Below are positions 26,964 through 36,598 of a stretch of DNA of 64,000 nt, piece after piece (position 1 is the stretch's first letter; every line of letters begins with the position of its first letter). A program made the translations under genes and the position numbers. The notes beneath the pieces are model-generated. The model was given only the letters and a program-made list of their open reading frames with translations, searched no databases and was not told where the DNA came from. The DNA comes from Patescibacteria group bacterium (GTDB lineage: Bacteria > Patescibacteriota > Minisyncoccia > Phycocordibacterales > PALSA-1337), in contig JBBTTD010000005.1 of the NCBI GenBank assembly GCA_038064415.1, positions 2,149 to 66,148 on the forward strand, given 5' to 3'.

Positions 26964-29900
26964 CTAAATATCTAACTTAAAAGTTGATCCACCAACGATT
27001 ATTCCCTCTTTTTGTATAGGTTTGAATGTAATGTCACCAAGCAAGCTCACTGATGAAATTTTCGTACTATTTTTCTCAATAAATTTTCTACCCGCATCAT
27101 CAGTTTCAATCAAAAGAATCACTTTATCATTTACGCTTAAACCTTTCTCCTTGCGCAAGTCTTGAATAGCACGAATAAGCTCGCGAACCATGCCCTCTTC
27201 TTTCAATTCTGGAGTAATATTCACATCAAGCTGTACATCTGTTTCAATCTTTGCTCCAAAGGCAATCTCTTTGACATTAACTTCATCTTTTATTAGATCA
27301 ACGAGTTGACTATTGACCATTGAACCTTGGTCATTCTTAATCCTCAAAGATTGAAGTGGTTGTCTGACATTGATCTTTGTCATCATTCGCGCCTCAAGAC
27401 CTTTGGAAGCCAGATCTCTAACCAGTTTCATACTTTTAATCAGTTCCGAGTCAACAGCACCAGCCGTCGGCCATAATTCCAAATGGACGCTTTGAATGGA
27501 GTCGCTATTTGAACCATTTATGTCATCCCTGATTTGTAATTCTTGGTTTTTGATTTTTCTGTATATTTCCTCCGCGATAAACGGCGTAAACGGCGCGAGC
27601 AACTTTGAAACCTGAAGTAAAATAAATCTGGTCGTCTCAAGCGCTGAATTTTTATCTGATTCATTATCGCCCTTGAATCGCTCACGCGACCTCCTCAAAT
27701 ACCAAGTAGAAATATCGTCGGTAAGATCCATTAGTGGCCAAGAAGCGCGATCAAGTTCACCGGATTCAAGTCCGACGGTCACGGCTGTGATAGTTTCATT
27801 CAGTCGCGCGATAATCCATTGATCTAGTACATTTTGTGATTCTACTTTTGACTTTTGACTTTTGACTTTTGACTGATCTTTATACATCTCATAAAACGAC
27901 ACGACATTTAACAATCGGTTGATCAATTTTTTTGTTATTTCATCAACCCCCTTTTCACTGAATCGCAAATCCTGCCCACGAACAACTGGTGAAGACAATA
28001 AATAGTAACGCAATGAATCCGCGCCATATTTATCAACAAGAGACATCGGATTAGGATAATTATTTTTCCTTTTTGCCATCTTCTGCCCATCTTCTGCCAA
28101 GACTAAACCATTAACAATAACTTTTTTGTATGGGGCCTTGCCAAATAAAGCCACCCCTAAAACGAGCATTGAGTAGAACCAGCCACGAGTCTGGTCTACC
28201 CCTTCCGCGATGAAATCAGCCGGATAGCCCTGCGATTTTTTGAACCAACTGGATTCTGGTTCAAATATCCGTGCGAATCTACCTTGTGTGTCCTGCGCAC
28301 TCTCAAACGGATAATGATTTTCTCCATAAGGCATAGATCCCGACTCAAGCCAGCAATCAAAGACATCTGGTACTCTAACTAATTTATTTCCTTCGGAAGT
28401 TTTTAATCCCAAATCGTCAATAAATGGTCTATGTAGATCAAGTTCATATTCGGAATTGTGTGGCAGTGGCGTGAAATCAAGTTTTTTTACTTCGGCATTC
28501 AAAAGAAATTCTTCGTGTCCACGAAATATTAGACTTTGTTCACGATTCATCCCTTGCGCCACGGTCATTAAAAGAAATCCCGGGGTCTCGTGAGTTATTA
28601 TTAGAATATTTTTGTCCTGATATTTTCGCTCCAAATCATAAAGAAAATCACCCATGCGTTTTTTGATCTCAACATAAGTCTCGCCGCCTTCTGGACTAAC
28701 TACAAAACGATCCTTGTCCGCGAATTGCTTAAAAAATAATTCAATACTTTTGCCATCCATAACGCCACTTTCCATCTCACGGATTCTATCGTCGGTACGA
28801 ATAATATTTTTGTTCCAACCAAGTCTATCGCGTAAAATTTCCATAGTATCTTGCGTACGCACAAATGGAGAAACAAAAACCAAGTCAAATTTGATGTTAC
28901 TCAATGATTTGGCGGCTTTTTCTACCTGTTGTCTACCGTTCAGTGTCAAATGATTTGGCGCCTTAGAATCTCCACTCAAAATACCTTCAACATTACTATC
29001 CGCCTCGCCATGGCGCATTATCCAATAATTATTTTTGGCCTTACTGAATTTCTTCAAATCTCCAACAGAACCCATAACATGATATCTTTCGCGTGATTCT
29101 TGAGTGTCATTTCGCGCTTTTGACTTTTCATCTTTTTCTTCCTTCCACACCGGTATCGGAGCACCCCAAAACCTAGAACGCGAAATCGCCCAATCACGCG
29201 CCCCTTCCAGCCAATTGCCAAATCGCGCCGAACCAACCTCGGGTGGCACCCAAGTAATTTTTTTGTTTTCCGCGACCAGTTTGTCTCTGATATCCGTGAC
29301 TTTCACAAACCAAGACGAGGTGGCGTAATTTAAAAGAGGCGTATCACAGCGCCAACAATGCGGATATGGGTGAACTAGTTTTTCCTTGGCAAAAAGTAAA
29401 TCTTTGCGCGCCAAAAATTTAATTATTTCAATATCTGTTTTTTGATGAGCATCTTTTTCATTTTCTGTATCTATCGGTTTGACACGCAATCCCGCGAAAT
29501 CAGTAACCTCTTTTTTGAATGTTCCGTCAATTGAAACATGTTGGACAAATGGTAAATTGTTCTTTAATGATAGGTCATAATCATCAGCGCCAAATGCTGG
29601 AGCAATATGAACAATGCCCGTACCATCTTCTGTTGTGACAAAATCCGCGCCGTAAATCTTCCAGCCATGTTCGCGATTTTTTAGATTCGGATCTCTTGAA
29701 TAATAATCAAAAAGTGGTTTGTAGGATTTGCCAATTAATGATAAACCTTTGAAAGATTCAACAACTTCGTATTTTTTGTCCTTCAGCACAGAAAGTTGAT
29801 TTCTTGCGAGAATGAAAAACTTGGATAAATTAGTTATGTCGTCAATAATTCTAATCTTCACATAATCAATATTGGTACTGATTGCCAAAGCCACATTCCC

Positions 29901-30620
29901 TGGTAGAGTCCAAGGTGTAGTTGTCCAAGCAAGGATATATGTGCCCGGTTCATTTATAAGTTCAAACTTGGCAGTAACTGAAATGTCCGTAATATCCTTA
30001 TATCCCTGCGCAACCTCAAAGTTTGACAATGTCGTTTCGCATCGCGGACACAAATTCATTAACTTGAATCCCTCATAAATCAAACCTCTGTCATGCAACC
30101 GCTTGAAAATCCACCAGACTGTTTCAGTGTAACTTGCGTCCATGGTGCGATAATCATGATCCATGTCAACCCAACGCCCCAAGCGAGGCACGATTTTACG
30201 CCATTCATCAGCATAACGCATTACACTTTCGCGAGCCGCCTGGTTAAATTTCTCAATGCCATAATCAACTATCTCTTTCTTACTTTTCAGACCAAGCTCT
30301 TTTTCAACCAGATTTTCCACCGGTAAACCATGGCAATCCCAACCCCATCGTCTTTCAACATGATACCCTTGCATTGTTTTCCAGCGTGGAATTGTATCTT
30401 TGATTATTCCAGCCAAAATATGACCGTAATGTGGCAGACCGTTGGCAAAAGGCGGACCATCATAAAAAGTGAATTTACCATTAGTTGATTTTTTCTCTAG
30501 AGACTTCTCAAAAATACCCCTCTCTTTCCAAAAGGCTAATATTCGTTCTTCGCGCTCGGCATGAGTTGATTTTTTGTTATTTTCTTCTGGATTAACCATG
30601 AAATGTATGGGTTGAATCAT
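26964..30620 (-). CDS. ileS: Isoleucyl-tRNA synthetase carrying an inserted histidine-phosphatase (PGAM-like) domain
   Basis: 1218 aa. HIGH (PHYGH), WTTTPWTLP, WAISRSRFWGAPIP, KMAKR (KMSKS-like). After the PIPVW motif, residues ~493-725 (nt ~28446-29144) form an extra domain with RHG signature IMRHGEADSN, FVSPFVRTQDT and ITHETPG. Confidence 0.93.
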   Translation of the reverse strand: MIQPIHFMVNPEENNKKSTHAEREERILAFWKERGIFEKSLEKKSTNGKFTFYDGPPFANGLPHYGHILAGIIKDTIPRWKTMQGYHVERRWGWDCHGLPVENLVEKELGLKSKKEIVDYGIEKFNQAARESVMRYADEWRKIVPRLGRWVDMDHDYRTMDASYTETVWWIFKRLHDRGLIYEGFKLMNLCPRCETTLSNFEVAQGYKDITDISVTAKFELINEPGTYILAWTTTPWTLPGNVALAISTNIDYVKIRIIDDITNLSKFFILARNQLSVLKDKKYEVVESFKGLSLIGKSYKPLFDYYSRDPNLKNREHGWKIYGADFVTTEDGTGIVHIAPAFGADDYDLSLKNNLPFVQHVSIDGTFKKEVTDFAGLRVKPIDTENEKDAHQKTDIEIIKFLARKDLLFAKEKLVHPYPHCWRCDTPLLNYATSSWFVKVTDIRDKLVAENKKITWVPPEVGSARFGNWLEGARDWAISRSRFWGAPIPVWKEEKDEKSKARNDTQESRERYHVMGSVGDLKKFSKAKNNYWIMRHGEADSNVEGILSGDSKAPNHLTLNGRQQVEKAAKSLSNIKFDLVFVSPFVRTQDTMEILRDRLGWNKNIIRTDDRIREMESGVMDGKSIELFFKQFADKDRFVVSPEGGETYVEIKKRMGDFLYDLERKYQDKNILIITHETPGFLLMTVAQGMNREQSLIFRGHEEFLLNAEVKKLDFTPLPHNSEYELDLHRPFIDDLGLKTSEGNKLVRVPDVFDCWLESGSMPYGENHYPFESAQDTQGRFARIFEPESSWFKKSQGYPADFIAEGVDQTRGWFYSMLVLGVALFGKAPYKKVIVNGLVLAEDGQKMAKRKNNYPNPMSLVDKYGADSLRYYLLSSPVVRGQDLRFSEKGVDEITKKLINRLLNVVSFYEMYKDQSKVKSQKSKVESQNVLDQWIIARLNETITAVTVGLESGELDRASWPLMDLTDDISTWYLRRSRERFKGDNESDKNSALETTRFILLQVSKLLAPFTPFIAEEIYRKIKNQELQIRDDINGSNSDSIQSVHLELWPTAGAVDSELIKSMKLVRDLASKGLEARMMTKINVRQPLQSLRIKNDQGSMVNSQLVDLIKDEVNVKEIAFGAKIETDVQLDVNITPELKEEGMVRELIRAIQDLRKEKGLSVNDKVILLIETDDAGRKFIEKNSTKISSVSLLGDITFKPIQKEGIIVGGSTFKLDI

Positions 30621-30629
30621 TCTAGCATT

Positions 30630-30664
30630 TTTTTAATAGCGAGGTCGGACCTCGCTATTAAAAA
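30630..30664. repeat. 35-bp perfect palindrome TTTTTAATAGCGAGGTC-G-GACCTCGCTATTAAAAA (family 1 core AGGTCSGACCT); probable bidirectional terminator
   Basis: 17+1+17 inverted repeat between the ileS start and the stop of gene 30674-31093. Confidence 0.7.
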
Positions 30665-30673
30665 GACCGACGG

Positions 30674-31093
30674 TTACCCATCGGCGTGAAGACTTAAGTT
30701 GTTATGACGAATATTGGTAACTATTGTCCTACAGATTTCGATTTTAGCTAAATCATCGCCAAAATCAGGTATGCGCAGAAACAATTGTATACCGTTCGGT
30801 AGATTCTGGTCGTCTGAATCAAAAGCTTGAAGTTCAAGATACATTCGCCCACTATGGCTACTAAATTGGCCTGAAGGATCGTAAACCCGTAAAGAAGCAG
30901 AGCGAGTAAATTTACCAATCGGATTGTGAATATTTGGCATGATTATTACCCATAACGTTCCGGTCGGATCGACGGATTTCTTTATTGGGGAACAATACCC
31001 TTGCTGTAGCAATGTCTTTGTCTCAAAAAATTTGAAACACGCCGTCAGTTCTTCATACCAATTGCAAAGGGCTCGAACATAATCAATCTTCAT
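30674..31093 (-). CDS. Hypothetical protein
   Basis: 139-aa ORF, no recognisable motif. Confidence 0.45.
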   Translation of the reverse strand: MKIDYVRALCNWYEELTACFKFFETKTLLQQGYCSPIKKSVDPTGTLWVIIMPNIHNPIGKFTRSASLRVYDPSGQFSSHSGRMYLELQAFDSDDQNLPNGIQLFLRIPDFGDDLAKIEICRTIVTNIRHNNLSLHADG

Positions 31094-31175
31094 ATCTCGT
31101 TCTATTTTATGTTGTTTTCTATGTCAAATCTAGCACCAAACAAAATAATTGCAACCGCTAGATGATTGCGCCTAA

Positions 31176-32963
31176 CTACATCTTCTTCGGGACTTTTATC
31201 CCCAAAATCCACAACCCATTTGTCATCGTGGTCAAAAATGCTTGCGTCAAAGCCAATCTATACGAAGATTGAGGATCTTTCTCGTCAATAATAGTTTGAA
31301 CTGCATAATAATTATTGAAAGCTCCAGCCAGATTGACCAGATAGTTTGCCACCTGTTGAGGTGAATATTCTTCTCTGGCACGCTCTACAATATCTGGAAA
31401 TCTGAAAATCAATTTTTCCAATAATGTAACTTCGCTTGGTATGCTTTCATTTTGAATCTTGAATCTTGAATCTTGAATCCTTGCCTTTTCTAACACTGCC
31501 GCCGCCCTGACCGCCGAATATTGCAGATACGGTCCCGAATCTCCTTCAAATGAAATAGATTTAGTTGAATCAAAAATAACATCACCGCCGATTGATTGAC
31601 GGAGAATTGTGTATTTGATCGCGCCGATTGCCACAATGTCAGATATTTCATTTTTGTCCGTCAGACTCAATTCGCGAACGGCGATTTTTTTAGCCACCAA
31701 TTCGCGAATATCCTCAAGTAATGACTCTGCCGAAACAATATTACCTTTTCTGGACGACATCTTTCCTGAAGAAAAACGAAGAAGACCATGTGAAATGTGT
31801 TTGGTTTTCGTGAAAATGTTTTGATCAATTAATGAAAACGCTTTCAATAATACTTTGAAATAATCACCTTGTTCATTCGCCGTAACAATAATTGACCCGT
31901 CTAAATCCGGATATTTCTTGAACTTCTCAATATTGAGACCAATTTCTTTGGCTTCATAAGTTGGCAATCCTTGAGAGGTGATGAAAACACGCGTATGTAG
32001 ATCATAATCTTCACCTTTGAAAATTATAGCACCCTCGCTTTCGGTAAATACTCCCTTTTTAATAAATTCACGCACAACCTTTACACCATCGGTGGCGACT
32101 TCACTCTCAAAGAAAAACTGATCAAATTTCGTGCCAAGTCGCTCGTAAATCAAATCGAAATATTCCAAGCTCCATTTTCGACCCTGTTCATATATTTCAT
32201 TGATTTTGGGATCGGATTTCCCAAATATCTCCTTGTTAATCATGGCAATTTCCTTCTGCGCGGTAGCATCATCATCAAATTTTGCCCCATAAACATACAT
32301 TTCACCCAACCATTTTACTTTTTCGGTTACTGTCTTCTCTCCAATCCCTAGTCTCCAATTTTCAAATCCTTGTTTCTTCAGTATCGCCCAAATAGTTTTC
32401 GCCACATGCAATCCGACATCGCCTTGATAACAAGCACGAATGACATTACCGCCAGAAGATTGGATTAATCGTGAAATTGATTCACCAACCGCATTAGACA
32501 TCAAATGACCGATATGAAAAACCTTGAAAGGATTCGGGTCAGTATACTCAACCATTATTTTTTTACCAGAATCGGAATTATTCCAACCATACTCTTTCCC
32601 ATTTTTTGCAATCGTCACAACATTTTCTGCAAAAATTTTATCTTTGATTTTGAAATTTATGAATCCGGGACCGGCAATGGTGATTGATTGAACAAAATCC
32701 GGTTGTCCTTTTTTTAGTTCAACAATAATCAACTCCGCCATTTCTTTTGGATTTTTAGGAATTTTCGATTTTTCAATTACCCAAGAAATTTTCCCGATAT
32801 GAGAATCGACTAAACCTGCAAATTTTTTAAAGGTAACCATAGCCACATTACTGGAAAAATCTCCATGATCTGGATTTTCCGGATACTCTAAAGTAAAAGA
32901 TGTCTCGGTTATGCCGAGTCTATTTAGAGATTTGATTATTTGACCCTGAAGCTTTTCCTTCAT
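31176..32963 (-). CDS. argS: Arginyl-tRNA synthetase
   Basis: 595 aa. HIGH motif (FHIGHLMS) and C-terminal DALR anticodon-binding domain. Contains an in-frame (GATTCAA)x4 microsatellite at 31447-31478. Confidence 0.92.
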   Translation of the reverse strand: MKEKLQGQIIKSLNRLGITETSFTLEYPENPDHGDFSSNVAMVTFKKFAGLVDSHIGKISWVIEKSKIPKNPKEMAELIIVELKKGQPDFVQSITIAGPGFINFKIKDKIFAENVVTIAKNGKEYGWNNSDSGKKIMVEYTDPNPFKVFHIGHLMSNAVGESISRLIQSSGGNVIRACYQGDVGLHVAKTIWAILKKQGFENWRLGIGEKTVTEKVKWLGEMYVYGAKFDDDATAQKEIAMINKEIFGKSDPKINEIYEQGRKWSLEYFDLIYERLGTKFDQFFFESEVATDGVKVVREFIKKGVFTESEGAIIFKGEDYDLHTRVFITSQGLPTYEAKEIGLNIEKFKKYPDLDGSIIVTANEQGDYFKVLLKAFSLIDQNIFTKTKHISHGLLRFSSGKMSSRKGNIVSAESLLEDIRELVAKKIAVRELSLTDKNEISDIVAIGAIKYTILRQSIGGDVIFDSTKSISFEGDSGPYLQYSAVRAAAVLEKARIQDSRFKIQNESIPSEVTLLEKLIFRFPDIVERAREEYSPQQVANYLVNLAGAFNNYYAVQTIIDEKDPQSSYRLALTQAFLTTMTNGLWILGIKVPKKM

Positions 32964-33045
32964 GTATGCATTCTAGCAAATAAGCCATCTTTTTCACAGA
33001 AAATTTGACAGTTTTTAGAATTTATTTATTAAACAAAAAAACTAT

Positions 33046-33401
33046 TGACAAATAAGGCAATATCGGTTATATTCGTTCTAGACATGTGGAGCTTTGTTTG
33101 GGTCAGCTTCACTGCGTGAACTCGCGCGACAAGTGCTCCCTCTCCGGAGCCTCTAGCGCGACCATGCTAAGGAAAGAACTCCGACAAGAAGTTCACTTCT
33201 AATTCAGACGATGAATCGGTTCCTCGAGACATCTGGAGGTCCATGACTATCCTCCATCGCCGTCGCCGACGGCATCTTGCATGTCAATTGTCTGAAAGAA
33301 GACCTCAAATACTCCCTTGCGTCCGCGGTGCTTGTGCTACACCATCGCGAGGGAGTACCCACTTTTTAGCGCGGTTTGTTTAACCGCGCTTTTTTAATTT
33401 T
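33046..33401 (+). ncRNA. Candidate structured non-coding RNA (~320 nt) with own promoter and terminator; identity unknown
   Basis: Consensus promoter TTGACA-17nt-TATATT at 33046-33076. GC-rich ORF-free body with many local hairpins. Intrinsic terminator GCGCGGTT-TGTT-AACCGCGC plus T-run at 33369-33401. Confidence 0.4.
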
Positions 33402-34626
33402 TAACACCCTTCAAAATCCGATCAATTCTCTTTGCGATGATCATAAAGTCTTTTTCTTTTTTACCCCTAGTCGTTTCAGCGGCAGTACCTAGACGAATAC
33501 CCGATGGATCAGTGGGTGGTCGGGCATCAAAAGGGATAGCGTTCTTATTTACGATAACTCCCTCTTTTTCTAGCGCGTCACTTGCGATCTTTCCGGCAAC
33601 AGCTCCAGCACCTTTTTCATTCTTTTTGCCACTCATCCAAGTATCAATCAAGATCAAATGTGAATCTGTCCCGCCAGAAATTATTTTCCAGCCATATTTT
33701 TTTAATTCTTCAGCTAGAATCTTCGCGTTTAATTTGACCTGTTTTGCATATTTTTTGAATGCTGGACTATTGGCTTCTTTCAGAGTGACTGCCACAGCCG
33801 CGATTTGATTGGCGTGTGGGCCTCCCTGCAAACCCGGAAATACCGCTTTGTCTATTTTCTTATCTAAATCCAAAGGTTTTCCAGTAGAATCATTTTTATT
33901 TTTCTTGGAAAAAATCAAAGCCGAGCGTGGTCCACGCAATGTTTTATGGGTTGTGGTTGTGACAATGTCAGCATACTGAAAAGGCGTCGGGTATTCCCCG
34001 CCCGCGACCAAACCGGCAAAATGCGACATATCTACCATTAGTAAAGCGCCACTTGCATCAGCTATTTCGTGAAATTTCTTAAAATCAACAAATCTTGGAT
34101 AAGCAGTAAAACCAGCCACAATAATATTCGGCTTTTCTCTCAAAGCTATTATTTTAAGGTCATCATAATTTAAGATTTCAGTATTTTTATCAACGCCATA
34201 TGGAATTTGAGTCCAAAACTTTCCAGTGGCTGAAACTTTGTGGCCATGAGTCAAATGTCCGCCTTGATCTAGAGACATACCCATAATTTTTTCTTTAAAT
34301 GGGACAAGCGCTAGATATACCGCCAAATTTGCTGGCGAACCGGAAAGTGGTTGGACATTGACATGCCAATCATTTGAATCTAGTTTGAAAAGTTTGAGGG
34401 CGCGTTGTTTGCACAATTCTTCAAGCTTATCAATATTCTCATTACCGCCATAATATCTAAGCTCAGAATACCCTTCGGCATACTTATTGGTCAGTTCTGA
34501 ACCAAGCGCTGTAAGCACATCTCTGGAGACATAGTTTTCCGAGGCAATTAGATTTATCGCCTTCTTTTGGCGCTTTTTCTCCGCTTGAATTAGTTTTTTT
34601 ATTTGTATGTCTTTCATGTGAATCAA
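33394..34626 (-). CDS. glyA: Serine hydroxymethyltransferase
   Basis: 410 aa. PLP-lysine region THKTLRGPR and conserved SHMT N-terminus. Confidence 0.93.
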   Translation of the reverse strand: MIHMKDIQIKKLIQAEKKRQKKAINLIASENYVSRDVLTALGSELTNKYAEGYSELRYYGGNENIDKLEELCKQRALKLFKLDSNDWHVNVQPLSGSPANLAVYLALVPFKEKIMGMSLDQGGHLTHGHKVSATGKFWTQIPYGVDKNTEILNYDDLKIIALREKPNIIVAGFTAYPRFVDFKKFHEIADASGALLMVDMSHFAGLVAGGEYPTPFQYADIVTTTTHKTLRGPRSALIFSKKNKNDSTGKPLDLDKKIDKAVFPGLQGGPHANQIAAVAVTLKEANSPAFKKYAKQVKLNAKILAEELKKYGWKIISGGTDSHLILIDTWMSGKKNEKGAGAVAGKIASDALEKEGVIVNKNAIPFDARPPTDPSGIRLGTAAETTRGKKEKDFMIIAKRIDRILKGVKN

Positions 34627-34755
34627 ATACTAATGAATATTGTTATTGTATCACGACCATAAACAGAAAAACGCGTTTCTATCTTATGAATCTAACTCAA
34701 AAAGTAAAATGAATCAAATCATCGTGATCTTTCCATTAGTAAAAGAAAAAAGGCC

Positions 34756-34786
34756 TGTTGCAATTGGATGTCGCAACAGGCCCCCT
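34756..34786 (-). terminator. Minus-strand intrinsic terminator (GGCCTGTTGC...GCAACAGGCC followed by TTTTTT on the minus strand)
   Basis: 10-bp perfect stem. The U-tract is present only in minus orientation. Ends a ~600-nt ORF-free transcribed region 3' of tmk. Confidence 0.55.
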
Positions 34787-35368
34787 CGCATTATGCACAC
34801 TACCTCAAACACCGAACGGTACCGCAAACAAAGAACGAACTACGAAATTCAACTGGCAGAGCTATTTTGAATCAGATCTTGAAATAACCGGCGGAAAAAT
34901 ACAAGCTCCATTTATTCCACCAACTACCAAGTTCCTCCGAGTCATCTTAAGGATACCAGTTTACTTTTTTGTTTCGATTAGTAAGACAACTTATTATCCA
35001 TAACCTCTTTCCGCGGAGACATATTAACAGACCAGAGTTAAGGACTTTGTGTCCAAGGTCCGTATTCATAGCCGTTTGTTTGATTTTACGGCGAAGTCTT
35101 CGACAGTTAAAGCCAGGCTAAGAAACCTGCGTTTGACATCTTACGAATCAGAGAATCGTAAAGACTCTCGTTTGATCCCTGCACTTTCTTAAGGAGCAGG
35201 AAGCCTTTAGGAGATTCGGCTGATCAAAGTGATCAGACCGGAGCGTCTCGTACTAGGCCCATATTTCAACGTGCTTTCAACGTTTCGGAACCCAACAACT
35301 GTTCCGATATTGAGACTACTCCTATCACTTTTACTTGTCAACAGGATGTCAAGAAGTTATCCACAGTG

Positions 35369-35387
35369 GTGAAGGCCTGACCTTCAC
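35369..35387. repeat. Hairpin GTGAAGG-CCTGA-CCTTCAC (family 3), directly 3' of tmk
   Basis: Identical 19-nt sequence, in inverted orientation, recurs at 40002-40020. Confidence 0.6.
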
Positions 35388-35390
35388 TGA

Positions 35391-36044
35391 TCATAATCGT
35401 TTTTTTATCTCCGAAATGAAGTCTGTTTTTACTTTTTCAAACGAACGGTTGGCATTAATGACAACATGATCTACTCTGATAAGAAATTTCATGTAACCAT
35501 CGCGCACTTTTTTATGAAACTCAACTTCTCTATTATCAAAATGATCATATTGACCAACCACCGGCAAAAACTGATTGCGTGATTGGGCTCGCCGTACTCC
35601 CTCCTCTGGATCAACATCAACAAAAATATACAAATCCGGTAAAATCGCCAGACGCTTGCGCAAGTTCCAAAAAACTTCTTCCAATTCGCCATTAGACTGC
35701 GCCCAAACATTATACGCGTAAGATGAGGCGTCAAACCGATCCGCAATCACTGGTTTCCCTGAATTTAAAGCCGGAACGATCAGATTTGTCGTGTTATCAA
35801 AACGAGCCGCAAACATTAAACATAAAGTTGCCGCCGTGGGAGTATTTTTTGCCAACGGATTTTTAATTGCCGCAGTACGAATCACTTCGGCATACGGAGA
35901 TCCGCCTGGTTCGCGAGTAGTCAAAATCGCGTCACCCAAAACATCTTTAAGAGCAATCATCAGGGATGATTTACCTGATCCCTCACCTCCTTCTATGGCT
36001 ATAAATAAGGGTTTTTTCTTCATTATCATAAATGGTGAAATCAT
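35391..36044 (-). CDS. tmk: Thymidylate kinase
   Basis: P-loop IEGGEGSGKSS, DRF/DRY-like motif; 217 aa. Confidence 0.9.
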   Translation of the reverse strand: MISPFMIMKKKPLFIAIEGGEGSGKSSLMIALKDVLGDAILTTREPGGSPYAEVIRTAAIKNPLAKNTPTAATLCLMFAARFDNTTNLIVPALNSGKPVIADRFDASSYAYNVWAQSNGELEEVFWNLRKRLAILPDLYIFVDVDPEEGVRRAQSRNQFLPVVGQYDHFDNREVEFHKKVRDGYMKFLIRVDHVVINANRSFEKVKTDFISEIKKRL

Positions 36045-36053
36045 AAAAAATTA

Positions 36054-36530
36054 TCAGCGTCTAAATAATTCAGTGGCGTTCTCAACCAAATAAACATTCT
36101 TAATACCGGCTTTGATCATGGCATCCCAACATGGTTTACAGCACCACCAATGACCGTACAAGTACAAATCCGCGCCAATTATTGATTTTTCGTTCAACAA
36201 AGCATCCCTAATCGCGCGCACTTCACAATGATGACGAAATTGGGCACACCCTGGGCAAAGCCAGTACCTCTGACCTGAAGGAACCCCCAGAATCCTCCTA
36301 AAACACAGACCTTTTTTATGTAATTCCTGCGTTTTTTTACCTTTTAAGGCCGCCTGATTAGCGGCTTTACCAATAATTTTACCATCCATAACCACAACAG
36401 CTCCAGTTGGATGATTTAATTCTGTGGAAAATTGATTTCTCATTTTCATCGCTTCAATCATAAATAAATCTGAAGCTGGCACATATTTGATTGTCCTTCC
36501 TTCTGGAAGATATGGGTAGTCGGGTTGCAT
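36054..36530 (-). CDS. dCMP deaminase (CMP/dCMP deaminase zinc-binding family)
   Basis: HCEVRAI zinc-ligand motif and PCWDAMIKAGI (PCxxC); 158 aa. Confidence 0.85.
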   Translation of the reverse strand: MQPDYPYLPEGRTIKYVPASDLFMIEAMKMRNQFSTELNHPTGAVVVMDGKIIGKAANQAALKGKKTQELHKKGLCFRRILGVPSGQRYWLCPGCAQFRHHCEVRAIRDALLNEKSIIGADLYLYGHWWCCKPCWDAMIKAGIKNVYLVENATELFRR

Positions 36531-36598
36531 ATTAATATCAAAATGAAAAATTACTGTAATTGTTCAATTGTCTTGTGATTATATATAATTAAGCGATT

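Noticed and set aside
18275-31478. CRISPR array as the source of the tandem short repeats (TTGAATC)n / (CTTTTGA)n
   Set aside because: Units are 7 nt with no spacers. They lie inside conserved aaRS coding sequence and are translated. There are no cas genes. These are microsatellites, not CRISPR.
32964-33393. T-box riboswitch leader for argS
   Set aside because: argS is on the minus strand, so this region is its upstream leader. Neither strand contains the T-box consensus (AAUUAGGGUGGNACCGCG) or a specifier/antiterminator arrangement. The promoter and terminator found here face the plus strand instead.
33046-33401. Assignment of the candidate ncRNA as RNase P RNA, tmRNA, SRP RNA or 6S RNA
   Set aside because: Diagnostic conserved segments were not found by eye: RNase P P4 strands and GGUAAGAGCGCACC; tmRNA T-arm/CCA and tag ORF; SRP GGAAGCAGC. 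Identity is left open rather than forced.
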